Shown here in pieces: positions 49,121 through 58,801 of a DNA stretch of 64,000 nt. The position numbers were made by a program, and so were the translations under genes. The notes beneath the pieces were generated by a model. It saw nothing but the letters and a program-made list of their open reading frames with translations, was not told the DNA's origin and did no database searches. The DNA comes from an uncultured Hellea sp. (GTDB lineage: Bacteria; Pseudomonadota; Alphaproteobacteria; Caulobacterales; Maricaulaceae). The stretch spans positions 4,900 through 68,899 of the forward strand of contig CAJQGR010000008.1 in the NCBI GenBank assembly GCA_905477785.1, given 5' to 3'. Every line of letters starts with the position of its first letter. Position 1 is the stretch's first letter.

Positions 49121-50911
49121 TTAATCCAAACTCAAGACAACTCCTTCACGCCTCGGGTCAGCACCACCAATCAATTTTCCGTCTTCAGCTCTATAGATAA
49201 TATGTATTCCGCTAAATTCACCTTTTGAACGACGAACTTTATGACCTTTACTTTCAAGTCCCTTTATTAAAGTCTCAGACATACCAAACTCTTCAGCAGG
49301 TGCGCCCCTATCAATCTCACCTGTAATGTCATCTTTTAAACCCTTAGCTTCGACTGCAATACGGCCATTTCGAGCAATAATGTTTGGTAACTCAATGGCA
49401 TCTTGCGGAGTTAAACCCCAATCAATTATCCCAACGATTGTTTTGGCTGTGTAAGCGATAATTGAACTGCCTCCTGGCGAGCCTGAAGTGAAGATGAACT
49501 CTCCTTTTGGATTAAAAACAATCACGGGCGCCATCGATGATCTAGGACGCTTATTTGGAGCAACGGCATTAGCAACTAGGAGACCATTGATGTCCCTTGG
49601 TTGAAATGAAAAATCAGTAAGCTGATTGTTTAAAATAAAACCTGCCGCCATTCGTTGTGAGCCAAACGCCGCTTCGACGGTTGTAGTCATAGAAACAACT
49701 AAACCCTCTTTATCTACAACTGTAAAATGAGATGTACTAGGGTTATCAGGGGTAGAGTCCTCACCTCTGCTAAATTTATTAGGGTTACCTGCCGTTACAT
49801 TTACCATTGCTACATCTCTGCGAATCAAATCGGATCGAGATTTTAAATATTCTTTATCAATCATAGATTCAGCATCCACTGCTATAAAATCGGGATCACC
49901 AATATATTTATCCCTATCGGCGTAAGCTAAAAAACTAGCCTCAGAAAAAATATGCCAGCCGTCCAATGACATACCTAATTTATTCATATCAAAATTTTCT
50001 AAAACACCCAAAATCGATTGAACAGCAACTGGGCCACTACTAGGGGGTTGGGCTCCACAAATAATATTAGACCTATAAGTCGAACAAAGTGCTTCAGTTT
50101 TTTTAGCTTTATAGTTTTTCATATCTTCAATTGTTAAGCTTCCAGGAAGTGGTAGCTTATGTGTTACACGCAAAATCTCTTGGGCTATAGGGCCTTCAAG
50201 AAGTGCTCTAGGATTCTTCTGGAGTGCTCGAAGAGTAACTGCATATTGTGGATTATCTCTTAAAAATCCAACAGGTAATGGCGTTATGCCGTCATCAAGA
50301 AAAAAATAATCTTTAGCATTTTCATCTCTATTTAAAGCAAACCCTCCCATTCGAGCTGTAATATCTGCCATACGCGGGCTTACTTTAAATCCATTTTCAG
50401 CCATCTTGATTGCTGGCTCCAATTGTACACCCCAATTAAGTAAGCCATAATCCTTATGCGCCATGTGCAACATAGTTATGACCCCAGGAACTCCTGTCGA
50501 TACTCCAGATGCAATACCGTTTCGATAGGGTATGGGTTTTTTTGTTTGCGGGTCCATGAACATTTCTGGACTAGCGGCACTTGGCGCTTTTTCTCTTCCA
50601 TTATAACTCCATACTTTGGCAGTTTTAGGATCATAAACTACCATAAAAGCACCTCCCCCAAGTCCTGAACTTTGTGGTTCAACAAGACCCAACATGGCTT
50701 GAATGGCTATAGCTGCATCAATTGCCGAGCCTCCTGCTTCGAGAATTTCTACACCTGCGCGGCTTGCAAGAGGGTTGGCAGCAGCCACCATTCCTTTTGA
50801 TTTAGGTACTGTATGTCTAACTTTTGCATTTATTATACTTGCCGATACAATCTCAGCATGCACTATAGAGATCAGAAATATAGACAGAATAAATGAAGTA
50901 ATTTGTTTCAT
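49121..50911 (-). CDS. ggt: Gamma-glutamyltransferase (periplasmic)
   Basis: Signal peptide from ATG 50911, EPQSSGLGGG, STSHFTVVD (Thr nucleophile), LNNQLTDF, RPRSSMAP, GSPGG, ADPRREG. The ORF-track extension to 51163 is antisense to the next gene and was discarded. Confidence 0.95.
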   Translation of the reverse strand: MKQITSFILSIFLISIVHAEIVSASIINAKVRHTVPKSKGMVAAANPLASRAGVEILEAGGSAIDAAIAIQAMLGLVEPQSSGLGGGAFMVVYDPKTAKVWSYNGREKAPSAASPEMFMDPQTKKPIPYRNGIASGVSTGVPGVITMLHMAHKDYGLLNWGVQLEPAIKMAENGFKVSPRMADITARMGGFALNRDENAKDYFFLDDGITPLPVGFLRDNPQYAVTLRALQKNPRALLEGPIAQEILRVTHKLPLPGSLTIEDMKNYKAKKTEALCSTYRSNIICGAQPPSSGPVAVQSILGVLENFDMNKLGMSLDGWHIFSEASFLAYADRDKYIGDPDFIAVDAESMIDKEYLKSRSDLIRRDVAMVNVTAGNPNKFSRGEDSTPDNPSTSHFTVVDKEGLVVSMTTTVEAAFGSQRMAAGFILNNQLTDFSFQPRDINGLLVANAVAPNKRPRSSMAPVIVFNPKGEFIFTSGSPGGSSIIAYTAKTIVGIIDWGLTPQDAIELPNIIARNGRIAVEAKGLKDDITGEIDRGAPAEEFGMSETLIKGLESKGHKVRRSKGEFSGIHIIYRAEDGKLIGGADPRREGVVLSLD

Positions 50912-50969
50912 AAATTTTGCTTTCTTTATTACACGATTAACATAGATGTGACTTACAAAAGAGCAAGTA

Positions 50970-51923
50970 ATGAACAATACAATATTAGATGTAAATGGCT
51001 TAAGTGTAGGACAAGCACATGATAATGAGGTTAAAACAGGTGTAACAGTAGTTTTACCTGACAAGCCAGTAATATGCTCCGTAGATGTTCGAGGGGGTGG
51101 TCCCGGAACACGTGAAACAGAAACCTTAAATGATGGAGGTCTAATTGATAAAGTCCATGCCATCTGTTTATCGGGAGGGTCAGTTTACGGTTTAGCTGCA
51201 GCTGATGGAGTATGTGCCTGGCTTGGTAAAAAGCGTATAGGTTATGAAGTGGGACCCAGCCCTATACCTGTTTCTCCTATAGTACCAAGTGCGATACTTT
51301 TTGACAATGCAAATGGGGGGAACAAAAATTGGGGCATCAATCCACCTTTTAGAAGTCTAGGTATAAGAGCATGCGAGTCAGTTTCTAATCATTTAACTCT
51401 TGGTAGGATAGGAGCTGGATATGGAGCCATGTCCGGAATTTATAATGGCGGAATAGGTAGTGCTTCAGAGGCAATTAACGAATTCACCGTTGGAGCTTTA
51501 ATAGCTGCTAATTCTGTTGGGTCACCCTTTATGCCCGGTACTAAATGTCCTTGGGCTTGGCCATATGAAGTTAACAATGAGTTTGGTGGTGAGCGACCCC
51601 CGAAAAATTATAAATATGCGCACCCACAAGATACAAAGTTAAATTTCTTGAACAGAGCTGGTCAAAACACAGTCATAGGTGTTGTGGCCATCGATGCTAA
51701 TTTAACGCAAAATCAATTAAAACGAATTGCGATTATGGCTCAAGATGGAATAGCTATGGCAGTACAGCCTAGCCATACACCACTTGATGGCGATACAATT
51801 TTTGCAGTATCAACTGGTCATAAATCTTGCGATAACCCAACGATATTATCAGAATTGGGATCTGCGGCTGCGCGATGCGTGGCAAGGTCTCTCACTCGGG
51901 CGGTATATGAGGGGTCTAAATGA
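50970..51923 (+). CDS. P1/S58 family (DmpA-like) peptidase
   Basis: TGVTV, DVRGGGPGTRET, LSGGSVYGLAAADG, ANSVG, AQDGIA..V.PSHT..DGDTIFA. Confidence 0.9.
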   Translation: MNNTILDVNGLSVGQAHDNEVKTGVTVVLPDKPVICSVDVRGGGPGTRETETLNDGGLIDKVHAICLSGGSVYGLAAADGVCAWLGKKRIGYEVGPSPIPVSPIVPSAILFDNANGGNKNWGINPPFRSLGIRACESVSNHLTLGRIGAGYGAMSGIYNGGIGSASEAINEFTVGALIAANSVGSPFMPGTKCPWAWPYEVNNEFGGERPPKNYKYAHPQDTKLNFLNRAGQNTVIGVVAIDANLTQNQLKRIAIMAQDGIAMAVQPSHTPLDGDTIFAVSTGHKSCDNPTILSELGSAAARCVARSLTRAVYEGSK

Positions 51924-52402
51924 TTGGCGATATCGAAGCACACCATCATATAAAAATTTTAAAAATGAATGAAAGATTTGTTCATTGGCTTGCACCACTC
52001 AATGATAAAAGCTTGGCAATTCTTTTGAATAAAGCAACTTATAAAAAACAAATAAATGATGGAGATGGAGTATTAATTGGTTTCTCAAACAATGCTGATT
52101 ATGACCACAAAAATCTTTCTTGGTTAAGAAATAAATATAAAAAATTTCTATATATAGACCGAGTTATTATTAACCCTAAGGCACATGGCAAAGGATTAGC
52201 AAAAAAACTATATAATGATTTCGAAAAAAAAGCTTTATTGATGAAGATACCGAGGCTTGTTTGTGAAGTGAATACTAATCCCAATAATGAGAATTCACAT
52301 AAGTTTCATATCAAGAACAGTTTTAAACCTATAGGGGATATGGACTATGAAGAATCTGGAATAAGTGTTCGTTACTATGAAAAATATCTTTTAAATAAAT
52401 AA
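51920..52402 (+). CDS. GNAT family N-acetyltransferase
   Basis: FLYIDRVII...HGKGLA..LY, CEVN..P.NE.SH.FH...F; 4-nt overlap with the peptidase gene. Confidence 0.88.
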   Translation: MIGDIEAHHHIKILKMNERFVHWLAPLNDKSLAILLNKATYKKQINDGDGVLIGFSNNADYDHKNLSWLRNKYKKFLYIDRVIINPKAHGKGLAKKLYNDFEKKALLMKIPRLVCEVNTNPNNENSHKFHIKNSFKPIGDMDYEESGISVRYYEKYLLNK

Positions 52403-52498
52403 CAAACTTATTTTATTAAATACCAAACTAAAAAAAGCTTGCTTTTATATCGAACAGACGCTTTAACGCCACGAACTTATAGATTATCTTTAGTTCAT

Positions 52499-52575
52499 GC
52501 ACCGGTAGCTCAGCTGGATAGAGTACCTGACTACGAATCAGGGGGTCGGGGGTTCGAATCCTCCCCGGTGCGCCA
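52499..52575 (+). tRNA. tRNA-Arg(ACG)
   Basis: Acceptor GCACCGG/CCGGTGC, anticodon arm CCTGA-CTACGAA-TCAGG, GTTCGAATC T-loop, encoded CCA. Confidence 0.97.
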
Positions 52576-52664
52576 CTTCTATAATATAAGATACTGATTA
52601 ATAAAGATAAATTTTATAGCTATCTATCCTTAAACTCTTGCAGCTTATCAATTCCAATCATACA

Positions 52665-53756
52665 TTACGCATGTCCCCATTCTTTTAGAATCTGATTGAC
52701 GTTCGTCGGGACAGAGTTTTTGCGGCTTGTCTTAGGGTTCTGGCTTTTAAACCTTGGTGCTGGTGCCGCCTCAATGTTCCCTTCTATCGTCTGGTAGATT
52801 TGACGGTGTTTTATGTGGGGGTGTTCTGCAGCTTCCCCAGGATGGAGAACGGGCGCGAAACAAACATCCGTACCTTCCATGAGAGCTGACCATTCGTCTC
52901 GGGATTTGGTTTTGAAAATCTGGGTCAGCCGGGATTTCTGAACTGGCCAATTACCAGTATTCATTTGGTCCCTGAAATCAGGGTCATCGGACAAGTCTAA
53001 ATGCTTTAGTAAGAGAGAATAAAATTTAGATTCTAGAGATCCAATCGAAATAAAACCTCCGCAAGAACAAACGTATGTGTCAAACCAGTGAGGCCCATCC
53101 AGAACGCTTTTACCACGCTCAAAACTCACGGCCCCTGTAGCCTTTAGAGATAGAATGAGGTTCATCATATGAGCAGAGCCATCTATCATCGCTGCATCAA
53201 CAATATCACCTTTACCCGTTCGCTGAGCCTGAAGAATGGCTCCGAGCATTCCAATCGTGAGATATAATGCGCCCCCTGCGATATCTCCGATTATCGTAGG
53301 TGTCGCAAAGGGTGGGTCCCCCGGCTTTCCTGAATACCAAAGAGCGCCCGATAAGGCATTGTAGTTGATGTCGTGACCTGCCGCATGCGCAAGAGGCCCA
53401 TCTTGGCCCCATCCTGTGACTCGGCCATAGGCTAGCTTGGGATTAATTTCGCAGCATATATCTGGGCCAAGCCCAAGCCGCTCCATAACTCCCGGGCGCA
53501 TACCTTCGATAAGACCATCAGCATGCTCTACAAGTTTGAGTAACCGCGTCTTATCGTCATTGTCTTTGAGGTTTAGCTTTATGATGCGTTTGCCGCGTTT
53601 CGTAATTGTAGTATTGCCGCTATCGCCGAATGCAGGTGCCCCGGGACGTTCAATAACTATGACATCTGCTCCTAAATCAGCGAGATGCATGCCGCAAAAG
53701 GGTGCAGGTCCAATCCCCTCAATCTCTATGATTTTTATGCCTGATAAAACTGTCAT
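52665..53756 (-). CDS. CaiB/BaiF family III CoA-transferase, alpha-methylacyl-CoA racemase-like
   Basis: EGIGPAPF..M.LADLGADVI, EGMRPGVMERLGLG, GWGQDGP, GHDINY, GDIAGG, APAPRF. Confidence 0.92.
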   Translation of the reverse strand: MTVLSGIKIIEIEGIGPAPFCGMHLADLGADVIVIERPGAPAFGDSGNTTITKRGKRIIKLNLKDNDDKTRLLKLVEHADGLIEGMRPGVMERLGLGPDICCEINPKLAYGRVTGWGQDGPLAHAAGHDINYNALSGALWYSGKPGDPPFATPTIIGDIAGGALYLTIGMLGAILQAQRTGKGDIVDAAMIDGSAHMMNLILSLKATGAVSFERGKSVLDGPHWFDTYVCSCGGFISIGSLESKFYSLLLKHLDLSDDPDFRDQMNTGNWPVQKSRLTQIFKTKSRDEWSALMEGTDVCFAPVLHPGEAAEHPHIKHRQIYQTIEGNIEAAPAPRFKSQNPKTSRKNSVPTNVNQILKEWGHA

Positions 53757-54181
53757 GATTTTTTCTTGAATTTTTTAACGGTGCCTGAGAAGTTTAAGCA
53801 GGGTCGACCTTCGGCCGTTACAATACCGCGAATGAATATCAGAGATCCGCCGGCTCGAATGACTTCGCCGCGAGCTTCGATCAGCTCTCCTATCACAGGC
53901 CCATCAATGAACTCGCAGTTAAAGGCGACTGTAACGCCGTAATTTCCGTCTATGTGATCATAACAAAGGGCAAATAGTGCGAAGTCAGCAAAGGCCATAA
54001 GGCAGCCACCATGCATCACGCCGCCCGCATTCATGTGTTTACGGGCTGCGCGAAATGCGGAAACGTAGCTATCCTTCTCTTTCCTGAAATAGAATGGACC
54101 AGCTGTTTCGAACTCGAAGACTTCTTCCTTCCAGCTTAACCACTGCTTAAATTCTCCTTCAGTCTCCATAAAAGGGGTCAT
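53753..54181 (-). CDS. PaaI family hot-dog thioesterase
   Basis: HMNAGGVMHGG.L...AD motif, 142 aa. Confidence 0.9.
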   Translation of the reverse strand: MTPFMETEGEFKQWLSWKEEVFEFETAGPFYFRKEKDSYVSAFRAARKHMNAGGVMHGGCLMAFADFALFALCYDHIDGNYGVTVAFNCEFIDGPVIGELIEARGEVIRAGGSLIFIRGIVTAEGRPCLNFSGTVKKFKKKS

Positions 54182-57100
54182 GCAGAGGCCTTCGTCGTAG
54201 TTTTTTCCTGATAGGCAGACAGCAGCATATTCAAGTTCGTTGTCGCGTCCTTGACGCTCTTCTCTTTGATAAAGCCATAGCCGCGAATGGCATCAGGGAA
54301 TGAGGCGATATCTATTGCGAGCTTATGATTGTCTTGGTTTAGACCAAGAATAAGACTATCGACAGTTTCTTCATATGTTTTAATCAAGCCGCGTTCCATC
54401 TTCCGTTCTTCGGTATATCCGAAAATATCAAAAGCAGTGCCGCGCAAAGCACTCATCTTCGCCATAATTTTAAATATAGGCGTAATCCAGCCGCCGATTT
54501 CATACTTGCGGGGCTGACCCGTATGTGGGTCTTTCTTAGCTAAAAGGGGCGGAGAAAGATGATACTTGATTTTATATTTGCCCTCAAATGCCTCTTGGAG
54601 TTTGGCTCTGAACTCTGGCGCGGTCTGCAAACGGGCGACCTCATATTCATCCTTATAGGCCATTAGCTTATAGGCATATATTGCGACGGCGCGGGTTAGC
54701 CCGCTTAGGCCTTTTGTTTTTTGAGCCTCCGCTAAAGCCGCTTTCTCAACAAGGGCTTTATATCTGTCGGCATAAGCTGCATTTTGGTAAAGGGTTAAGT
54801 CTTGCATTCGGGCGGCGGTATATTCGTCATCTGTTTTAGGGGTTAAGGGTTTATCATTCAAAAAGGCCTTAATTGCTTGCGGGTCATGAGCCGCGAGGCG
54901 GCCCCATTCAAAGGCCTGTTTATTCCATTCAGGTTTCACCCCGTTAAGGTCAACCGCCTTGAAGATAGAGGCCCGTCCAATAGGCAGCGCGCCCTTTTGC
55001 CAAGCATACCCGACCAAAAAGAGGTTTGCACCAATGGAATTACCAAGAAGTTTTACCGCCAATTGCGTGGCGTCCAGATATTCAATGTTATCAGCGGACA
55101 GAACTGAGGAAAATCTGTTTTGAAGGGCCGTCATAGGATAATCGAGATTAGGGTCGTGAATAAAGTCACTCGACATTGTTTTTTCAAGATTAATGAAGGC
55201 TTTTGTTCTACGGGAATTTAATGTTTCTAAAACCTTGTCCATGCCTGTTGTCATCATATCGCAAGCAATTAACAAGTCCGTTGCACCAATCGTCAGTCTG
55301 GCCGTATTTATATCAGACTGCTCGTTGGCAAAACGTATATGGGTCATGACCGGGCCGCCTTTTTGTGAGAAGCCCATCTGATCAACGATCGACACACCTT
55401 TACCTTCCATGTGAGCCGCCGTACCCAGAAGCGCCCCAATCGTAATCACGCCTGTTCCGCCGACGCCTGCGATCAAGGCTCCATAGGTTTTAGATTTTTC
55501 TATTTTATAGATTTCGGGTTCCGGGATTACAGTTTTAAGACTGTCTCGCGCCTTACCACGTTTCATGTCCCCGCCGTGTATTGTCACAAAACTTGGACAA
55601 AATCCGTCAACGCAAGAATAGTCTTTATTGCAGGATGATTGGTGTATTTTTCTTTTCCGACCATACTCGGTATCGATTGGTTGAACTGAAAGACAATTGG
55701 ACTTTTTGGAACAATCTCCACAGCCTTCGCAGATGCGGTCATTGATGAAAGCGCGTTTAGCTGGATCCGGAAAAGTGCCACGTTTGCGACGTCTGCGTTT
55801 CTCCGCTGCACAAGTCTGGTCGTATATTAGAACTGTTGTCCCTTTGATATCGCGGAGTTCTCTCTGTACTTTATCCAGCTCTCGGCGATGGTGGATAGTT
55901 GTGCCTTTAGCAAAGCCAGCATTATTTCCATATTTATCTGGCTCGTCAGTGACGACGACTATGCGTTTCACTCCTTCTTGAAACACTTGATGTGTAATCA
56001 TGGGAACTGTTAGCTGCCCATCAACGGGTTGCCCGCCGGTCATGGCCACGGCGTCATTAAACAATATTTTGAAGGTAATATTTGACTTGGCTGCTATCGT
56101 TGCACGAATAGCTAAAGACCCACTATGGAAATATGTTCCATCTCCAAGCTGTTGAAAGACATGATTAGTCTCAACGAATGGTTCTTCACCAATCCACGGC
56201 GCGCCTTCAGCGCCCATATGTGTGAAGCCCTCGACATCGCGATCCATCCAAGTCGCCATGTAATGACACCCGACGCCACCAACACCCTTGCTGCCTTCTG
56301 GCACTTTCGTAGACGTGTTATGGGGGCAGCCAGAACAAAAATATGGAACGCGCCTTGTATTAATCGCATCGGCCTTGGCGAGTGTTTTTTCGCAATCATC
56401 CAGAAATTTGAGACGCTCATCAATAGATGGGCTTGTATAAAAATAAGCAATTCGGTCCGCGATAATCTTTGCGATACGGTCAGGCGTTGTTCGTTCGTAC
56501 GCAATTACAAGAGGCTTACCGTTTTCGTCCGTTCGTCCCACAATGCGCGGCCGCTTGCTTTTGGGTAAATCATAACATCCGCGCGTAAATCCGTTTTGAA
56601 TTTGTTCTCGTTTGTCTTCAATAATCAATACTTCATCCATGCCCTCGGCAAAGGTGCGATAAAGGTCGTCATCAGACGGAAACGGCATCGCGACTTTAAG
56701 AATGTTGATACCCAGTGATTTTGCCTTGGCTTCCGAAATACCAAGATCATGTAAAGCCTGTTGGACATTTCGCCATTCTTTGCCCATGGCGACAATGCCA
56801 AATTTTTTCTTTGGGCTTTCAAGTGTTACGCGATTTAGGTTATTTGCTCTTGCAAAGGCTAAAGCTGCAGGAAGTTTATATTTGCGTGCTCTCTTCCCCA
56901 TTCCGTAAATGTCATCACCCCGCCTTGCGTTAACCCCGTCAGGCGGAAATACAAATTTGGGATATTTAATTTTAATGCGATTATAATCACCATTGATTGA
57001 CGCCGCAGTTTCAATGGTTTCCGGTAATAATTTATATCCCACAAAGGACCCGCAAAAACGCGATAACGCAATGCCGTAGATTCCTAGATCGAATACGTCT

Positions 57101-57645
57101 TGGATATCCGCCGGATACAATACCGGCATGAGGAGGTCTTCGAATAAGAGCTCAGAATGATAAGGATCAACAGTGGACGTCATATCTGGGTCATCACCGC
57201 ACAGCACGAGTACGCCGCCATGCTTAGCAGACCCATGTAATGTCGCTTGACGTAATCCGTCTATCGTTTGATCCAGCCCTGGGCCTTTGCCATACCACAT
57301 GGCATAAACACCGTCATATTTCGCATCGCCTTTATAACCAACTTGCTGTGTCCCCCAGACAGAGGTCATAGCAAGGTTTTCATTTAGCCCTGGCCAAAAT
57401 TTAACGTGATGCTCTCCAAGAATAGCATTTCCAGCACGCCAGAGTTCTACATCAATCGCGGTCATAGGCGAACCCCGGTATCCGGAGATGAAACCACCTG
57501 TATTAAGACCTGCTTTCTCATCTATAAGTCGCTGCACAAGCATTAGCCTGACGATGGCTTGTTGACCAGTCACGTACACGCGGCCGCTATCCAGACGATA
57601 CTTATCGTCAAGCGTCATATTGGGAAGCTTTAGAGGCGCGTTCAT
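54178..57645 (-). CDS. Indolepyruvate ferredoxin oxidoreductase family protein (IorA-IorB fusion)
   Basis: GFISGYRGSP, FCSGCPHN, GVGCHYM, GDGTYFHSG (TPP), CEGCGDC ferredoxin motif, GVGGTGV, AYKDEYEVARL. Confidence 0.95.
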   Translation of the reverse strand: MNAPLKLPNMTLDDKYRLDSGRVYVTGQQAIVRLMLVQRLIDEKAGLNTGGFISGYRGSPMTAIDVELWRAGNAILGEHHVKFWPGLNENLAMTSVWGTQQVGYKGDAKYDGVYAMWYGKGPGLDQTIDGLRQATLHGSAKHGGVLVLCGDDPDMTSTVDPYHSELLFEDLLMPVLYPADIQDVFDLGIYGIALSRFCGSFVGYKLLPETIETAASINGDYNRIKIKYPKFVFPPDGVNARRGDDIYGMGKRARKYKLPAALAFARANNLNRVTLESPKKKFGIVAMGKEWRNVQQALHDLGISEAKAKSLGINILKVAMPFPSDDDLYRTFAEGMDEVLIIEDKREQIQNGFTRGCYDLPKSKRPRIVGRTDENGKPLVIAYERTTPDRIAKIIADRIAYFYTSPSIDERLKFLDDCEKTLAKADAINTRRVPYFCSGCPHNTSTKVPEGSKGVGGVGCHYMATWMDRDVEGFTHMGAEGAPWIGEEPFVETNHVFQQLGDGTYFHSGSLAIRATIAAKSNITFKILFNDAVAMTGGQPVDGQLTVPMITHQVFQEGVKRIVVVTDEPDKYGNNAGFAKGTTIHHRRELDKVQRELRDIKGTTVLIYDQTCAAEKRRRRKRGTFPDPAKRAFINDRICEGCGDCSKKSNCLSVQPIDTEYGRKRKIHQSSCNKDYSCVDGFCPSFVTIHGGDMKRGKARDSLKTVIPEPEIYKIEKSKTYGALIAGVGGTGVITIGALLGTAAHMEGKGVSIVDQMGFSQKGGPVMTHIRFANEQSDINTARLTIGATDLLIACDMMTTGMDKVLETLNSRRTKAFINLEKTMSSDFIHDPNLDYPMTALQNRFSSVLSADNIEYLDATQLAVKLLGNSIGANLFLVGYAWQKGALPIGRASIFKAVDLNGVKPEWNKQAFEWGRLAAHDPQAIKAFLNDKPLTPKTDDEYTAARMQDLTLYQNAAYADRYKALVEKAALAEAQKTKGLSGLTRAVAIYAYKLMAYKDEYEVARLQTAPEFRAKLQEAFEGKYKIKYHLSPPLLAKKDPHTGQPRKYEIGGWITPIFKIMAKMSALRGTAFDIFGYTEERKMERGLIKTYEETVDSLILGLNQDNHKLAIDIASFPDAIRGYGFIKEKSVKDATTNLNMLLSAYQEKTTTKASA

Positions 57646-58799
57646 TGGCTGACTTTTTCGATATGTTTGGAGGTTAGCTGCTTAACAGAGGTCACGCCCA
57701 TAAGACCCATTCCTCGCTCCACTTCAGCTCTCAATAGGTCAACAATCCTAGTCACTCCCGCTTCACCACCAACGGCTAGTCCGTAAATATAGGGTCTTGA
57801 AAATGAGACAGCATCGGCGCCTAGCGCCAAGGCTTTAATCATATGAGACCCTCGGCGGATACCTGAGTCCATAATAATTTCAATGTCGTTTCCGACCGCT
57901 TGACGGATTGGGGCAATGCGGTGGATTGCCGGGGAAGAACTATCTAGCTGGCGGCCACCATGGTTGGAAACAATGATAGCTGTAGCGCCCATTTTGAAAG
58001 CCTTCTTTGCATCTCCCACCGATTGTATGCCCTTAATAGCAAAGGGGCCTCCCCATTCTTTAGCAAGCCACTCTGCGTCCTTCCAGGTAACGGTCTTGTC
58101 CATCAAATGGTGGGCAAGCTCAAAGGTATTCATACCGCCGCCAAGAGCGTCCATACGGTGAGAAATATTTGCCATCTCAAATTTACCTGAGGTCAAAAAA
58201 CCTAAAGCCCATCTTGGATGAAGCGCAAAGTCCGGTAATGTGGATAATTTAAGCCTCGGCGGAAAACTTAGCCCGCTTCTGAGGTCGCGTTCTCGATTGC
58301 CTGAAATCGAACTGTCCACTGTGAGGCATAATGCATCATATCCAGCTTCTTTCGACCAAGCCACATGATCGCGCGTAATTTCCCTATCTTTTACGATATA
58401 AGACTGAAACATTTTGGGCCCACTCGAAGATGCGCCGACGGCTTTAATGCCTTGGGTAGAAAAGGTTGAAAGCCCATAGATGATGCCCGCTTTAGCAGCA
58501 GCTTTGGCGACAGCTATTTCTTTGTCGGGGTGAAACAAACCTGAACCACCGCTGGGAGAGAGATAAAAGGGGAGCTTCATATCAACACCCAAAACATTTA
58601 CGCTCATGTCAATATTGCTGACATCCACTAAAACATCAGGAATGAGATTATATTGATCGAAGGCCGTGAGATTATTGCGCAGAGCCGTTTCGTCGTCAGA
58701 GCCACCAGCCATGTAATCGTAAATAGCACGCGGTAGCAGGCGTTTAGCGGCCTGTTTGAAGTCTTCGACATTGTGGAGTTTATTTAGATTCATTTTCAT
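57642..58799 (-). CDS. FMN-dependent alpha-hydroxy acid oxidase/dehydrogenase
   Basis: YDYMAGG, TVD...GNRERD, IKG, SNHGGRQLD, DSGIRRG, ALALGA. Confidence 0.95.
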   Translation of the reverse strand: MKMNLNKLHNVEDFKQAAKRLLPRAIYDYMAGGSDDETALRNNLTAFDQYNLIPDVLVDVSNIDMSVNVLGVDMKLPFYLSPSGGSGLFHPDKEIAVAKAAAKAGIIYGLSTFSTQGIKAVGASSSGPKMFQSYIVKDREITRDHVAWSKEAGYDALCLTVDSSISGNRERDLRSGLSFPPRLKLSTLPDFALHPRWALGFLTSGKFEMANISHRMDALGGGMNTFELAHHLMDKTVTWKDAEWLAKEWGGPFAIKGIQSVGDAKKAFKMGATAIIVSNHGGRQLDSSSPAIHRIAPIRQAVGNDIEIIMDSGIRRGSHMIKALALGADAVSFSRPYIYGLAVGGEAGVTRIVDLLRAEVERGMGLMGVTSVKQLTSKHIEKVSQ

Positions 58800-58801
58800 A
58801 C

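Noticed and set aside
50912-51163. 84-aa N-terminal extension of GGT in the ORF track
   Set aside because: It overlaps the divergent DmpA-like gene. A clean signal peptide begins at ATG 50911.
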